Assembly: GCA_951406725.2 (NCBI GenBank)
Contig: OX597833.1
Span: 51,832,001 to 51,896,000, forward strand
Direction: 5' to 3'
Source of the DNA: Octopus vulgaris
Lineage: Eukaryota
Length of the DNA stretch: 64,000 nucleotides
Part shown: piece after piece, positions 1 through 14,955 of the stretch
How positions within the stretch are numbered: position 1 is the first letter of the stretch
Layout: the number at the start of each line of letters is the position of its first letter
Notes under the pieces: generated by a model
Databases searched by the model: none
Told to the model about the DNA's origin: nothing
What the model saw: only the letters and a program-made list of their open reading frames with translations
Translations under genes and position numbers: made by a program

Positions 1-91
1 TTAGTCACTCCATCGAATAGACATTACCTGTACAGCTGAACGGTGTACCACACCTTAGATGTTGAAGTGATGTTGAAGTGATTTCCCCCAA

Positions 92-137
92 GACACCTGA
101 TGAAGGCTGGAGGGTATATCAACCGAAATGTTGTGTT
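92..137 (+). ncRNA. Minimal type I hammerhead ribozyme motif (Penelope-type), slightly degenerate
   Basis: GACAC-CTGATGA-A-GGCTG..CAACC-GAAA-TG-TT-GTGTT. Stem I GACAC/GTGTT, canonical CUGAUGA and GAAA boxes, stem II with one mismatch, very short stem III (TG where CG would give a palindrome). Confidence 0.7.
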
Positions 138-368
138 AACAACAAACACGAAGAGGACAAATATCCAACTCCTCATCTCTTAAATATATAGTGATGTAAC
201 ATATATATATATTACATCCTATTTTTCTATAGGCTATATTTCTATAGGCTATTTCTGACATTATATCATATAATGTTTTTTTCAAACAATATTAATAGCG
301 TTCAGTAAATCACTATACACATCCATCATTTTCTATTAAAATGTCTTATTGACGAATTTCGTTTTTTC

Positions 369-455
369 ACTTCCGTAAAGAGAAGATTGCATTGTTTTAT
401 ACCATTTATTCTTTTGAATAGTATCAGTGAAATCTTCGAAACATGTGTCGAAAGT
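369..455 (+). ncRNA. Degenerate type I hammerhead motif with long stem II
   Basis: ACTTCC-GTAAAGA (for CUGAAGA)-GAAGATT...AATCTTC-GAAA-CATGTG-TC-GAAAGT. Stem II 7-bp perfect, GTC cleavage triplet, core has two substitutions. Confidence 0.5.
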
Positions 456-511
456 AAAAGTATTTAATTTATACCTGCGTTAAACACCATTTATTTATTC
501 ATATCTATACA

Positions 512-582
<71 letters not shown>

Positions 583-619
583 TATATATATACATACACA
601 CACAAACACACACACGCAT

Positions 620-650
<31 letters not shown>

Positions 651-1101
651 CATACACATACGCACACGCAGACACACACACACATATATATATACATATA
701 TATGTACGATATCCTCATAAGTGAAACATATATACATACACACACTTGTATATATGTATTTATATATATGTGTATGTATGTATATGTATGTGTGTATACG
801 TGTATGTTATGTATGTATGTATGCATGTACTCTGTGTGCATGCGCATGTGCGTGTGTGGCTGTATACGTGTGTGTATAAATTATGTGGTGTATAGATATG
901 CGTATGGATGCATGAATGTATGTGTATAGATTTCTGTGTACGTGTATGTGTTTCTGTAAGCATACAATATCCCTTATATATGGACACGCACACAGATATC
1001 TTCTAGTGTGACTGTGTGCGTGTACGTGTTTATGAGTGTAAGTGTGCAAGTTTGTATATGTGTGTGCGTGTGGCAATGTGTATGTGCGCTTGCATGTGTG
1101 T

Positions 1102-1132
<31 letters not shown>

Positions 1133-1922
1133 CGGGATACATGATGGTGATGCTCCAGAAACAGGTGTTAAAGAGAATGGTCTAATCATGCAGAGGGCAA
1201 GATAAAGGGGGCAAGCAGCAATAGGAGGCTGGAAGGGGGTGAAGCAGGAAACGGGGGACAGAAAAGGGTGTAGGGATGACTGTAGGGGTGACTGCCCCCC
1301 CCCCTGTTTGCTTGATCGGTCAATACGAGATTTAATTAAGTTCTTGAATAGCTTAGGTTTGTACATGAATTATTTCACCTCTCCTACACATGGCTAGCAA
1401 GGGGAGGCAAGGAAGAGGAGGAGGAGGAGGGTCGGAGAGGAGGGGGAGAAGGACAGGGAATGTAAGGAGGAGGAGGAGGAGGGATTGCTGAGTTTGTATT
1501 GTAGGATAGGAAGGGGTAAGGGTACTGGACCCGTTGGTTGTTGTCCACTCGTTGCCTCTGGATCCACTGCCCCCACCACCATCACCACCGCCACCACCAC
1601 TTGTACCAACATTATCAATTCCACCAACACGTCTGAAACGGTTATTATTTACCCGGACCCTAAACACATTTTGGCCCCTCTTCTGTAGCGTCACCGTTTG
1701 GCCTTGCTAATAACAGCTACCAGGTTTGCATCAAATTACTGCCTGCGAATTTGAAAAAGGACGGATGTAACTGTGCGGTCAAGAAGCTCCTTTTTCCAAC
1801 TGCGTGTTCTCGGGTTCAGTCCCACTGCGTGACAATTTGGGGAGGTGCCTTTAACTATAGCCCAAGGCCAACTATTTCCTTGTGAGTGAATTTAGTTCAC
1901 GGAAACTATGTTGAATCGCGCC

Positions 1923-2036
<114 letters not shown>

Positions 2037-2734
2037 ATCTATGTACGTATGTATATATATATATATATACATGCGTATAAGAAGGGATGACCACTAAAGA
2101 ACGTTCTCTAGAGAACATTCTTTTCTTTGTGGTTAGATCGTAGGTGATCTTCTTCTAGCATATTGGAAGTCCACTTAGTGGTCATCCTTTCTTATACGCA
2201 TGAAATACAATTTTTCTGAATTTTCAGATTTTTCTATATGCTAGGCCACTGGTTTTATATTAAGGTTAATTAAATTAATATTCAATTTATCACCCTCATT
2301 ATTTAAATTATATATATATATATATATACATTTGTGTTTGGGGAGAGTCATTCTGTTTAATGCCTTATTAATTAACACACACACCGGTTCAATTTCCGTT
2401 CATTTATTTTTCCCTTCTTAAAATTTTCGTTGCTTCTTGCAGCCTCTTCGATAGTGTCCGTTATCGGAGCTGCGTTCTTTTTGCTTGTTTGTTTTTGCAC
2501 ATGTGTAGGCGTCGGTGTGCATGTGTATGTATGTATGTATGTATGTATGTATGTATGTATGTATGTATGTATGTATGTATGTATGTATGTATGTATGTAT
2601 GCATGTATGTTTGTATGTATGAATGCGTGTATGTGTGTATGTCTATACATATATATATATATATGTGTGTGTATGCGTATGTGTACGTTTGTATGTATCT
2701 ATTCTGCATATTCATATGTATCTCTCTTTACTCT

Positions 2735-3210
<476 letters not shown>

Positions 3211-3432
3211 TGTATATGTAATTGAAAACGAAGAGAAGAATGGAGATTTATTCACATCTAAAACTTCTTTATTAAAGAGTTATCAACAGTATAAAACATT
3301 GCCGAGTTCAATTGTTGGCAGGATACGGTATATATGCAAGCACAAAATCCAATTTGTAACCATAGATCGAACTCACACCTTGATCGTAGGTGAGGCGTAG
3401 ATGTAAAAAGTAAACACAAAAGGCGTTAAACA

Positions 3433-3518
3433 TTTGCCGCAGATGTTTCCGCAGAATAATATTTAATGTAATCGAAAAAGGTTATGTTATAATTTACAAC
3501 CCACCATCATCAGGCAAA
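3433..3518 (-). ncRNA. Degenerate hammerhead motif
   Basis: Minus strand TTTGC-CTGATGA-...-GAAA-CATCTG-CG-GCAAA. Stem I is a perfect 5 bp; cleavage site mutated; stem II poorly paired. Confidence 0.45.
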
Positions 3519-3827
3519 ATTTGAAAGAGGTAAAAATCTACAGACAATTGACGTGAAATTTAAACCACTGTCGTTTAAAAAGAGATGAGAAAGACGGACA
3601 GACAGACAGTCAAACAGTGGCAGAGAGAAAGGCAGATAAATATATAAACAGACATGCTCCTACATACATACATCTAAACAAAATACCCTGTTGTTGATGT
3701 TAAAATTCCAATGAAGGAATCTTAGATCTAGGTAAGAAACCGGTTCTTTCTCTATTGGGAAGAAATCTTGAAATAAACTGAATAATGACATACATATATC
3801 TATACATATATGTGTGTGTGTGAGTGC

Positions 3828-3878
<51 letters not shown>

Positions 3879-4128
3879 AATGTATACTTACATAGAAGAG
3901 AACAAAGTGTACGTACGTCGCTATATATATAATACAAAATACAAAATGGGACAAGAACACAAAACATCTGGACAACTAGATGGTACAAAAAGGGACAACA
4001 AAACATCCAGATAGACGATACAAAAAAACACGGACGGGTCATTCGAAGCCTTTTATCTTCAGTCAAGAACCTGATCATCCTCGCTATTTCGGCTGATGAA
4101 TCTTGAGGTTGCTCCAATCTGGCCAGCC

Positions 4129-4251
<123 letters not shown>

Positions 4252-4252
4252 C

Positions 4253-4303
4253 AGCTTCCTGATGATTTCTCTTGAATGAAACAGTTCTAGTCCTGTAGAA
4301 GCT
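4253..4303 (+). ncRNA. Near-intact type I hammerhead ribozyme
   Basis: AGCTTC-CTGATGA-TTTC-tctt-GAAT-GAAA-CAG-ttctagtc-CTG-TA-GAAGCT. Perfect 6-bp stem I, canonical core, paired stem III, GUA cleavage triplet; only the first stem II pair is mismatched. Confidence 0.8.
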
Positions 4304-5340
4304 CCTTCTATATAATAAATTAATTTTACTCTGCTATGTATTGAGTACCTTATTTACTGTGGTTAACCCCGAATCAACCCGGGACCTACATATATATATA
4401 TATATCTATATATTACATCAGTAGAAGAAGGATAGTTCTATGTACCCAAGAAAAAATGCTTCACGCCCTTTTTGGCAAACCTTTGATCATGGCTCTCGCT
4501 AATCACAATTTTCTGATGAGACCTAATACAGCAAAAACTTGTAGAGAGTTGCCACAGTATATTCCAAAGAGCAGACTCACTTTTCAACGAAAATCGGCAT
4601 ATTTTTTTTATTCAATTTAAATATCGAATTTAGATTTAATAGCAAAATCTGTCACTGAATCTAAGGTGTAATAAGGTGTAATTTTTTGCGTTACAGGTGT
4701 AACTTTAATTGGTTAAAAATTATATTGCTTTCACTTATAGCATGTTGGTCCACACTTAACTGCTTGATCGTGATTGACCTCAACTAATTAACAATAGCTA
4801 CAACAACACAAATATATTAAAGACATCACAGATCCACACCTGCAGTATACTATGTTCTGTGTGAGTTGATACATGTTTGGTCGACCTTAAGTGTATTCTT
4901 GTTTACCCCTTGTTGCAATTATAAAGGACTTGGTTCTGCCCCGCACCCCTCTGTCTCTCACTTTCTTTCTCTTACTCTGTCGTCATCTATTTATTTGTCT
5001 GTCTGTGTGTCTGCCTATCTGTGCATATATGCGTGTGTATATGTACACGTACGTATGACGGTTAAATTCAACAGAAGGTTTCACTGATGTTTATGCCAAA
5101 TGTTTCATTTCTTATACGTGAATACGTGCTTACACACATACACAAACATATATTTATGTACCTGTATTTATGCGTATATGAATACATGTATGTATGTATG
5201 TATGTATGCATGTATGTATGTATGCATGTATATACGTGTGTATGTATGTATGTATGTATGTATGTATGTATACATATATTATATGTGTATACATGCATAC
5301 CTATACATATTTATTACAGATAGATAGAAGATAGACAGGT

Positions 5341-5424
<84 letters not shown>

Positions 5425-5610
5425 GGATGGATAGATGGATGCAGAGAGACAGACACACAGAAACAAAGAGAATGAGGAACTTAGAATATCTAGTAATGAG
5501 GTTTTCAGTTTCCATCGGTTTCAACTCGATATTTCGTATGGAGTACTGCTTTTCCTTCAGGTCTGTGTATGTGGTTTCGTGTGAGTTTTCTTATATCTGT
5601 ACGTCTCTGC

Positions 5611-5671
<61 letters not shown>

Positions 5672-5805
5672 CGTGCGCGTGTGTGTGTGTGGGTGGGTGT
5701 TTTACCCATATGATATAGATTTTTGCCATGTAGTCGCGCGAAGTTTGATTCCCGGCGGCGTGTCATGTCCTCAAGTAAGACACTTCCTCTTTCGTTGCTC
5801 TAGTC

Positions 5806-5954
5806 CAGTGCACCACAACCTTTTTTTGCACTTGCGGTGCACTCACATTCTTTTCAAAATTCGGCGGCACACCTGAACTGAAAACATAACTAAAAGTATA
5901 GGGGAAAAAAATTATATTCAGGTTACACTGCGGCACACCGGTTGCGGAGCACTG
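5806..5954. mobile_element. hAT-like MITE inserted in an old tRNA-SINE (SINE pieces ~5725-5805 and 5955-6160)
   Basis: TIRs CAGTGCACCACAACC / GGTTGCGGAGCACTG; SINE sequence resumes after it; TSD not preserved. Confidence 0.6.
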
Positions 5955-6306
5955 CATCCCACTCGGCTGTCGAAAATGAATAGTACCTGTATTTCAAAGG
6001 ACCAACCTCATCACATTTTTTGTCACGTTCAATCTCCCTGAGAACTACGTTAAGGGTATGCGTCTTTGTACTCTCAGCCACAAGCCTGTTAATTTCACGA
6101 GCAGACTCTTCCGTCGATCGACCCAACTGGAACCCCCGTCGTCGCAACCGACGGAGTGCCATGTAATTTTAAATTTTTCGTATTTTTTATTAACTTTTAC
6201 AGTTTGTTTGGTACATTATATTTCGTAAGCCCATAGCCAACGATAATGAGACTGAAAAGTTCTAGAAACGTCAAATATCCATTTAGAAACGCTATTATTC
6301 CAAATA

Positions 6307-6550
6307 GGCGCATGGCTTAGTGGTTAGGGTGTCAGCATCATGATCGTAAGATTGTGGTTTCGATTCCTGGACCGGTCGACGCGTTATATTCTTGAGCAAA
6401 ACACTCCATCTCACGTTGCTCCAGTCCACTCAGCTGGCAAGAATGAGTAACGCTGCGATGAACTGGCGTCCCGTCCAGCTGGGGAACACATACGCCATTG
6501 AAACCGGGAAACCGGGCTCTTGATCCTGGCTAGGCTTTAAAAGGGCACAT
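6307..6550 (+). mobile_element. tRNA-derived SINE (family C-related head, GATGGACTGGCG-type tail)
   Basis: GGCGCATGGCTTAGTGGTTAGGG A-box, GGTTTCGATTCC B-box; tail shared with 12562-12845 and 49614-49934. Confidence 0.8.
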
Positions 6551-6579
6551 TTATTTGTTATTCCAAATATTCAAATTTT

Positions 6580-7165
6580 GCAACAAGGCCGGCAATTTTC
6601 GCGGGTCTGGATAACTCAATTACATCCACTGCAGTGCTCAACTGGTACTTATTTTATCAACCCTGGAAGAATGGAAGGCAAAGTCGACCTCGGCGGAATT
6701 TGAGCTCAGCACGTAAAGATGAACAAAATGCCTCCACCCAATAACATTGCGTACTAACGATACTTATTTCTTTATTGCCCACAAGGGGCTAAACATAGAG
6801 GGGACAGACAATGACAGACAAAGGGATTAAGTCAATTACATCGACCCCAGTGCGTAACAGGTACTTATTTAATCGACCCCGAAAGGATGAAAGGCAAAGT
6901 CGACCTCGGTGGAATTTGAACTCAGAGCCTATTTCTTTACTACCCACAAGGGGCTAAACACAGAGAGGACAAACAAGGACAGACAAACGGATTAAGTCGA
7001 TTAAATCGACCCCAGTGCGTAACTGGTGCTTATTTAATCGACCCCGAAAGGATGAAGAGCAAAGTGGACCTCGGAGGGAATTTGAACTCAGAACGTAGCG
7101 GCAGACAAAATACCGCAATGAATTTCGCCCGGCGTGCTATCGATTCTGCCAGGTTGCCTCCTTAG
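6580..7165 (-). mobile_element. Nested array of three SINE family B copies
   Basis: Repeated GAGTTCAAATTCC(G/A)CCGAGGTCGACTTTGCC body; tail-to-head junctions at ~6764 and 6929/6930. Confidence 0.85.
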
Positions 7166-7552
7166 ATGTATCTTTCCTTCTTATATGAAATTATATATTT
7201 TATTCCGTGTGAATAGATGCACAGGAAACACTTTGTGCGTGTGTGTTTGTGCGTGTGTGCGCGCATATTTCAATTATTAACTCACACACACACACGCACA
7301 CACTCACACACACACGCACACGTAAACGTGCGTATACAGTACACATGTGGTGTATATGCCTGCACGTCTGCACGTTTGCGTTTGAGTGTGTTTGTGTGTA
7401 AATGTGTATACGTATACTTACCTAAATGTAGAGTGATTATATTATTAAGAAGCTCGTTTGAGAAACGCTTTTTTCCCTAAATAAACGCATGCACGCATGT
7501 ACACATACAAACATATATAAACACGCACATATACACATACACACATACATAC

Positions 7553-7619
<67 letters not shown>

Positions 7620-7921
7620 ATATGTATCTATGTATGCATGTAGATATATGTATATATATATCATACATAACATATGTGTATGTATGAGTGTGTGAATTTG
7701 TATATACAATCGTGTTTGCCTGCATCTGTATTTGTAGATCCGGGTGTTAGCGCGTGTACATACATAGTTATACGCGCAACTAATCTATGAATGACCCGTT
7801 CGCGTACGGCCCCGGGGTAAGGTTTTAAGTGTGCAAACATGTTTAACGACATCTGTATTTGTAAATGTTTGTGCGTGTGTTTGCATGAGTGAATGAGCGA
7901 GTGTGTGTGTGTGTGTGTGTG

Positions 7922-7962
<41 letters not shown>

Positions 7963-8069
7963 CTGTGTTCCAGCACGGTCAAATATGACAGACACTAATC
8001 TCTTAATAAGCACACCTATCTATTATTACGGATACATGCACACATTGACACACATACGCACACACATAC

Positions 8070-8354
<285 letters not shown>

Positions 8355-9066
8355 CATATACATATATATATGTATACCAGCCTACCCGTGTGTGTATTTG
8401 GCTTGCTCTGAGAATGTCTTAAAGTGTGTTTTGTAAACTAATAATGAACGTATATGTAGATAAACGTCCACCCCAGCGAAGACTATAGATAAACATCCAC
8501 CCCGTAATGTCTAAAGCAGCGTCTCCCAACCAGCCCGTACTGAAACCTAAGAGGTTCGTGAGAGATCGCTCGGGATTCAGCGAGAAATAGTGATATAAAT
8601 AAGCTAATTATATACGAATGAAATTTTTATGGGGTATTTTTTGCAGTTGTTTAATTACGTTTTTTTTTTCCTTCTTATCTTTATTTTCTACGTCAGCGGT
8701 CCCCAAGCATTCTCGTACCACAGACCGGTTTCATTCGAGAATTTCTTTTTTCTACGGACAAGGAGATCACGCGCATTACAAAACACAATAGAGCGATATA
8801 TAATTTGATTATTGATTTAAAATTTTGGCACAAGGCCAGCAATTTCAGGGAAGTAGGTAAGTTGATTGCATTGCCCCAGAGTTCAACTGGTTCTCTGTTT
8901 TTCTTGACCCCGAAAGGGATGAAAAGCAAAGTCAACCTCCGTGGGTTTTGAACTCAGAACATAATGACGGACGAAATGCCGCTAAGAATTTTGTCCGGCG
9001 TGCTAAAGATTTTTCCAGCTCGCCACCTTAATATATGAATTATTTATTATAAATACATATATAATG

Positions 9067-9465
9067 GCGCAGGAGTGGCTGTGTGGTAAGTAGCTTGCTA
9101 ACCAACCACATGGTTCCGGGTTCAGTCCCACTGTGTGGTACGTTGGGCAAGTGTCTTCTACTATAGCTCCGGGCCGACCAATGCCTTGTGAGTGGATTTG
9201 GTAGACGGAAACTGAAAGAAGCCTGTCGTATATATGTATATATATATATGTATGTGTGTCTGTGTTTGTCTCCCTAGCATTGCTTGACAACCGATGCTGG
9301 TGTGTTTATGTCCCCGTTACTTAGCGGTTTGGCAAAAGAGACCGATAGAATAAGTACTGGGCTTACAAAAGAATAAGTCCCGGGGTCGAGTTGCTCGATT
9401 AAAAGGCGGTGCTCCAGCATGGCCGCAGTCAAATGACTGAAAGAGGTAAAAGAGTAAAGAGTAAG
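9067..9465 (+). mobile_element. tRNA-derived SINE family A, full length (further copies ~16951-17435, 38905-39272, 40727-41142, 62320-62785, 62935-63205 and many fragments)
   Basis: GGCGCAGGAGTGGCTGTGTGGTAAG A-box, GGTTCAGTCCC B-box, central microsatellite, tail ending GACTGAAA..GTAAAAGAGTAAAGAG; many copies in the window. Confidence 0.9.
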
Positions 9466-9908
9466 AGTATATAAGGCAAAGACAACATTCAGTCTCCGAT
9501 GGCCAATAAAATTGAAATTAAATTTTAAAATATATTCTTTCTGTGCGACCTTGCGTTAAATGTCTTGACTCACTTCGTTACATGCTTAGCTCAGGAGACG
9601 ATGCTATCAACTAACCCCTCCTCAAATATTCTTTTCTACTCTAGGCACAAGGCCCGAGGTTTTTGGGGAGGGGGTCGGTCGATTAGATCGACCCCAGTAC
9701 GCGAAAGGATAGAAGACAAAGTCGATCTCGGCAGAACTTGAACTCAGAACATAAAGATAGGTGACTAAGCATTTTACCCGGCGTGCTAAGGTTTCGGATC
9801 TTTTCGGTTTGAGCGGCAGTTTTTAACATAATTTCTAGGTAACTAAAGAATTTTAGTCACAGAATGTTGTCAAGCGATGTTGGTGGGACAAACACAGACA
9901 CGCAAGCG

Positions 9909-9946
<38 letters not shown>

Positions 9947-9960
9947 CATATACATATATA

Positions 9961-10158
<198 letters not shown>

Positions 10159-10181
10159 ATATATATAGAAAGATATAGATA

Positions 10182-10227
<46 letters not shown>

Positions 10228-10366
10228 TATATACGACGGGGTTCTTTCAGTTTCCTCTACCAAATCCACTCACGAGGGTTTGTTCGGCCGGAGGCTATAG
10301 CAGAAGACACTTACCCAAGGTGCCACGCAGTGGAACTGAACCCGGAACCATGTGGTTCGTAAGCAC

Positions 10367-10398
<32 letters not shown>

Positions 10399-10399
10399 A

Positions 10400-10986
10400 C
10401 AGGGTGGTCCAAAAGTCTTTGTCACCCTGCTACCGAAAAGTAATAAAAACGATAGACGAACGATATCGTAATATCAAACGCATGCGCTGGTTTTAGTATA
10501 TCCAGTTTTCTTGACATTGACACTGTCACACAACGAGAAGGTTTGTATGAACGTCATCATTTTCGTGACGCAAAATGATGCCGCGGCATATCTCGTTTGA
10601 TTCTTTACGAAGCTGTGCTTTGGCGATTGTTGCAATGGCTGCCGAAACAGCGTCCTTCGACTGTTGGGTATTCTGGTATTGCTCTTGTGAAACTCTCTCC
10701 TTAATAATAGAAAATTAAAACAATATTAACCCTTTTGTTACTGTATTTATTTTGAGATGCTCTGTGTTTCTTTGAATTACTTTAAATATAACAAAGAATT
10801 TAGTAAAATAACTTAGTTATCATTCAACTAGTGTTAGAAACATAAATTGTTACTAAGGTTTGGTGGAAGATTTTAAAATTCAAAACTTATAAAAACAAGA
10901 CATTTGTACTCAGAGCCAGAGCCGGTTTCAGCCGTTTTGGTAACAAAAGGGTTAAGAGATAGTGACAAGACATTCGGACCACCCTG
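10400..10986. mobile_element. Tc1/mariner-type MITE with TA TSD
   Basis: TA-CAGGGTGGTCCAAAAGTCTTTGTCAC ... GTGACAAGACATTCGGACCACCCTG-TA; ~25-bp TIRs. Confidence 0.8.
10730..10951. mobile_element. piggyBac-type MITE nested in the mariner MITE
   Basis: TTAA-CCCTTTTGTTAC ... GTAACAAAAGGG-TTAA: 12-bp perfect TIR with TTAA TSD; a similar terminus lies at ~22727-22751. Confidence 0.85.
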
Positions 10987-11602
10987 TATATATCTATGTG
11001 TGTGTGCATCTTTGTGTCTGTGTTTGTCCCCCCCACACACATATACACAACACCACCACCACCAATGCTTGACACCCAGTGTTGGTGTTTATGTCCCCGT
11101 AACTTAGCGGTTCGACAAAAAAATTCAATAGAATAAGTCTCAGGCTTTAAGAAAAAAGTACTGGGGTCGATACATTTGATTATAAATTCTTCAAGGCGGT
11201 GCCCCAGCATGGCGGCAGTCTAGTGTCTGAAATAAGAAAAAAATAAAAGATTGGGGAATAAACAACCTCTCAAAAATTCCGTCTCTAGCCTGAGAAAAAA
11301 AAAAGGTTAAAAATACTCGAAGAAAGAAGTAGAAATGGAAAGGAAATCATAATGGTTATAAATCAATGGTTATATTTTCTAAACGGTTGGCTGAACGGGA
11401 TTTGAACCTAGGTCGTAGAGAGCAAGAAAGTAAATTACTACGCCTTTTTTTTTTTCTGAAGTGCTAAACACTCTTCCAGCTTGACAGCAGATGGTCGCGT
11501 AATGTGAACGTATAGGTGTATTTATTGTATGTATGTGTGCATTTATTATATATATATGTATGTATGTATGATTGTATACATGTATGCATGAATCTATGTA
11601 TG

Positions 11603-11670
<68 letters not shown>

Positions 11671-11776
11671 GATTGACAGAAAGACAGACAGGCAGACAAA
11701 CTGAGACACAATAGAAAGACAGAGACAGACAAACAGACAGACAGGCATACAGACAGATAGATAGTAAGATAGATAA

Positions 11777-11851
<75 letters not shown>

Positions 11852-12476
11852 TAGATTGACAGACAGACAGACAGATTGAACTGAAACGTCGCCACTCTGA
11901 CATTTAAAAAATTCTACTTCAGAAAATACAATAAAATACAATAAATCTCTTAATCTCTGGGAAACAAATAGAAAACCAGAAAGAATTCGTTTACCTGATG
12001 ACACCTTTAGATAAAAGCATCAGGTGAACGAACTGCTAAGAATGGAGGATGAACACAGAGCGATATTAATATTGTACAGAACGACACGGAGGACATAATT
12101 GTCTATTACGACTCCATTGATGGTATTCCACTGACATCAATGAATGATGTATAGTCCGGAGAAGAACAAGTTTTATCTACACAGTTATAAGTCATATGGT
12201 GATTAGCTGTTTGAACGCAGCCACCTCAACCTTTTTTTCTGGTGGAAAGAAATGGTTGTTTTCTGGGTATAGAGTTTTAGCGTGGAGTACTATGTGTTTA
12301 ATAATGTCGAGAGGGTTTGTGTATTGTGTTAGACAGATTAGCTTTTGTTAAGTACAACGGGGAAAAATGAATATTTTTATGCATATATGTGTATGGCGGG
12401 AAAGAGAGGAAGGCTTGTATGAAAGAATGTATGTTAGAGTTTAACGAGTATACATGGATTAAAGTTTAATACACAA

Positions 12477-12555
<79 letters not shown>

Positions 12556-12561
12556 ATATAT

Positions 12562-12845
12562 GGAGGCGCAATGGCCCAGTGGTTAGGGCAGATGATTCGC
12601 AGTCAGAGGATCGCGGTTTCGATTCCCAGATCGGGCGTTGTGTGTGTTTTTTGAGCGAAAACACCTAAAAGCTCCAAGAAGCTCCGGCAGGCAGGGGATG
12701 GTAGCGATGATCCCTGCTGTACTCTTTCGCCCCAACTTTCTCTTACTCATTCTTCCAGTTTCTTGAGTAACGCTGCGATGGACTGGCGTCCTGTTCAGCT
12801 GTGTGGAACACATACGCCAGAGAAACCGGGAAACCGAGCCCATCA
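12562..12845 (+). mobile_element. tRNA-derived SINE family C (tRNA-Arg-like head), tail type 2
   Basis: GGAGGCGCAATGGCCCAGTGGTTAGGGCAG...GGTTTCGATTCCC; head nearly identical to 27103-27489 but with a different 3' module. Confidence 0.85.
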
Positions 12846-13150
12846 GCCTATGCACACATTCTGATGAAAGACAAAGCCGATCTCGGCGGAATTTGGACTC
12901 AGAATGCAAAGTCGGACGAAATAAAGCTAAGCAATTTGTCCGGCGCGCTAACGATTCCTCCGGCTAAACACCTTAATAAATTTGATAATAATTATTTCTA
13001 CTATAATCACAAGGCCCGAAATTTGGGGAGAGGCTCGAAATTTGGGGAGAGGCCCGAAATTTGGGGAGAGGCGCTATTAGATTACATCGAACCCAGTGCT
13101 CAACATCTACTTATTTGATCGATCCCGAAAGGATAAAAGGCAAAGTTTAT

Positions 13151-13193
<43 letters not shown>

Positions 13194-13274
13194 TGCGTGC
13201 GTGTCTGTGTGTAAGTACGATCCAGGGATCCCAATGTAGAACTTTAGTAAGCTTAGAGGCATTTAAGCGGCTAG

Positions 13275-13322
<48 letters not shown>

Positions 13323-13441
13323 CATGCGTGCATGTCTCTATCTATGTATGTATTCAATTATGTAGGTATGTATTATTAAGCATGAGAACATATTTATAAA
13401 TATATGCATATGGATATGTACACGCGCGCGTGTATGTGAGA

Positions 13442-13514
<73 letters not shown>

Positions 13515-13820
13515 GTGTGTGAAAATTTTGTAAGGCATTGTTTCCAGCCTGTGTGTGCTTGCATTCATGTTAATATTTGCATGTAGATATCTGTATGCTT
13601 ATGTAAAACTGTTCTTTTGTCTGAGCTGTTAGCGGTCGTTCGCGTGTGTGTTTGCTAAATTCTATGTATCCGGCTGTTTAGATGTGTACACGATTAATTG
13701 CTTATTTGTATACACCTTTCTCTTTCTCTTTCTCACTCTCTCTCCCCCTTTCTCCCTTCCCCTTCTCTCTGCTGATATATATATACATATATATATTCAC
13801 ATATGTATATATGTATATAT

Positions 13821-13880
<60 letters not shown>

Positions 13881-13964
13881 ATACATATAAGGACATATAT
13901 ATATACATATATATATAAGTATATACATATATATGTATATATATACATATATATATATATATGT

Positions 13965-14018
<54 letters not shown>

Positions 14019-14135
14019 ATATATAGAAATGTACGCACACTGCCATGTATGTGCAATTTTCAATATATGTGTGTGTGTGCACATAAATATACATACATAT
14101 CTATATGCATTATATATTTACACACACACACACAT

Positions 14136-14171
<36 letters not shown>

Positions 14172-14247
14172 GGTATATATCTCTAAATGTATATATGTAT
14201 GTATGTACATATATATATATATATATATATACATATGTACATGTGTG

Positions 14248-14285
<38 letters not shown>

Positions 14286-14915
14286 TCTTGTATTTGTATC
14301 TGTGTACATGTAATTAATTTGACAGATATACAGAACCCCATTACCGTCTACAACCACCACCACTTCCACCACTACTACCACCGACCGACCTACAACAATA
14401 ACAACAACAATAACAGCAACATAAACAACAACAACAACAACAACAGTCTGACCTGTAGGTTACACAAGAACAAATATCTACTCGCTAACCTATCCAACCC
14501 ATCTGTTTTAATAATCGAACAGTGACGGACGCTGAAGCAATGGAACTTCACACAATAGATGACCCCTTGTTTACAATGCAGTGGCCCTTTCAGAGTTGGG
14601 TAAACATTGGCGATGTGTTCCAGCTCTATCTGCCTTTTAATTTTTCTCCTGACTTTCAATTCAGTCTCAAATCCTTTTCTAACCCCACAGATATTTTCCC
14701 CGCTTTGTTTTCAATGTTTACCAGTCTAACAATGTTTATTCAGGTTTATCTCCCCCTTTTATGACCCCCTAAATCTCAGAAATATCCTATTGTGTACATC
14801 TGCATGTGTATTAGTGTGCTGCATGTGTGTATGCAAAGACAACTTTCTTTCTCCGACCTTCTTTTGTTGTATGTATGTATGTATGTATGTATGTATGGAT
14901 GGATGGATGGATGGA

Positions 14916-14955
<40 letters not shown>

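Noticed and set aside
11993-12035. CTGATGA motifs at ~11995, 4093, 4513, 53381 and minus-strand hits at ~52086, 55225, 40653
   Set aside because: No correctly placed GAAA with paired stems I-III.
14520-14760. Minus-strand CKQGVIYCVKFHC resembling a Penelope GIY-YIG start
   Set aside because: Too degenerate; YIG and downstream motifs not found.
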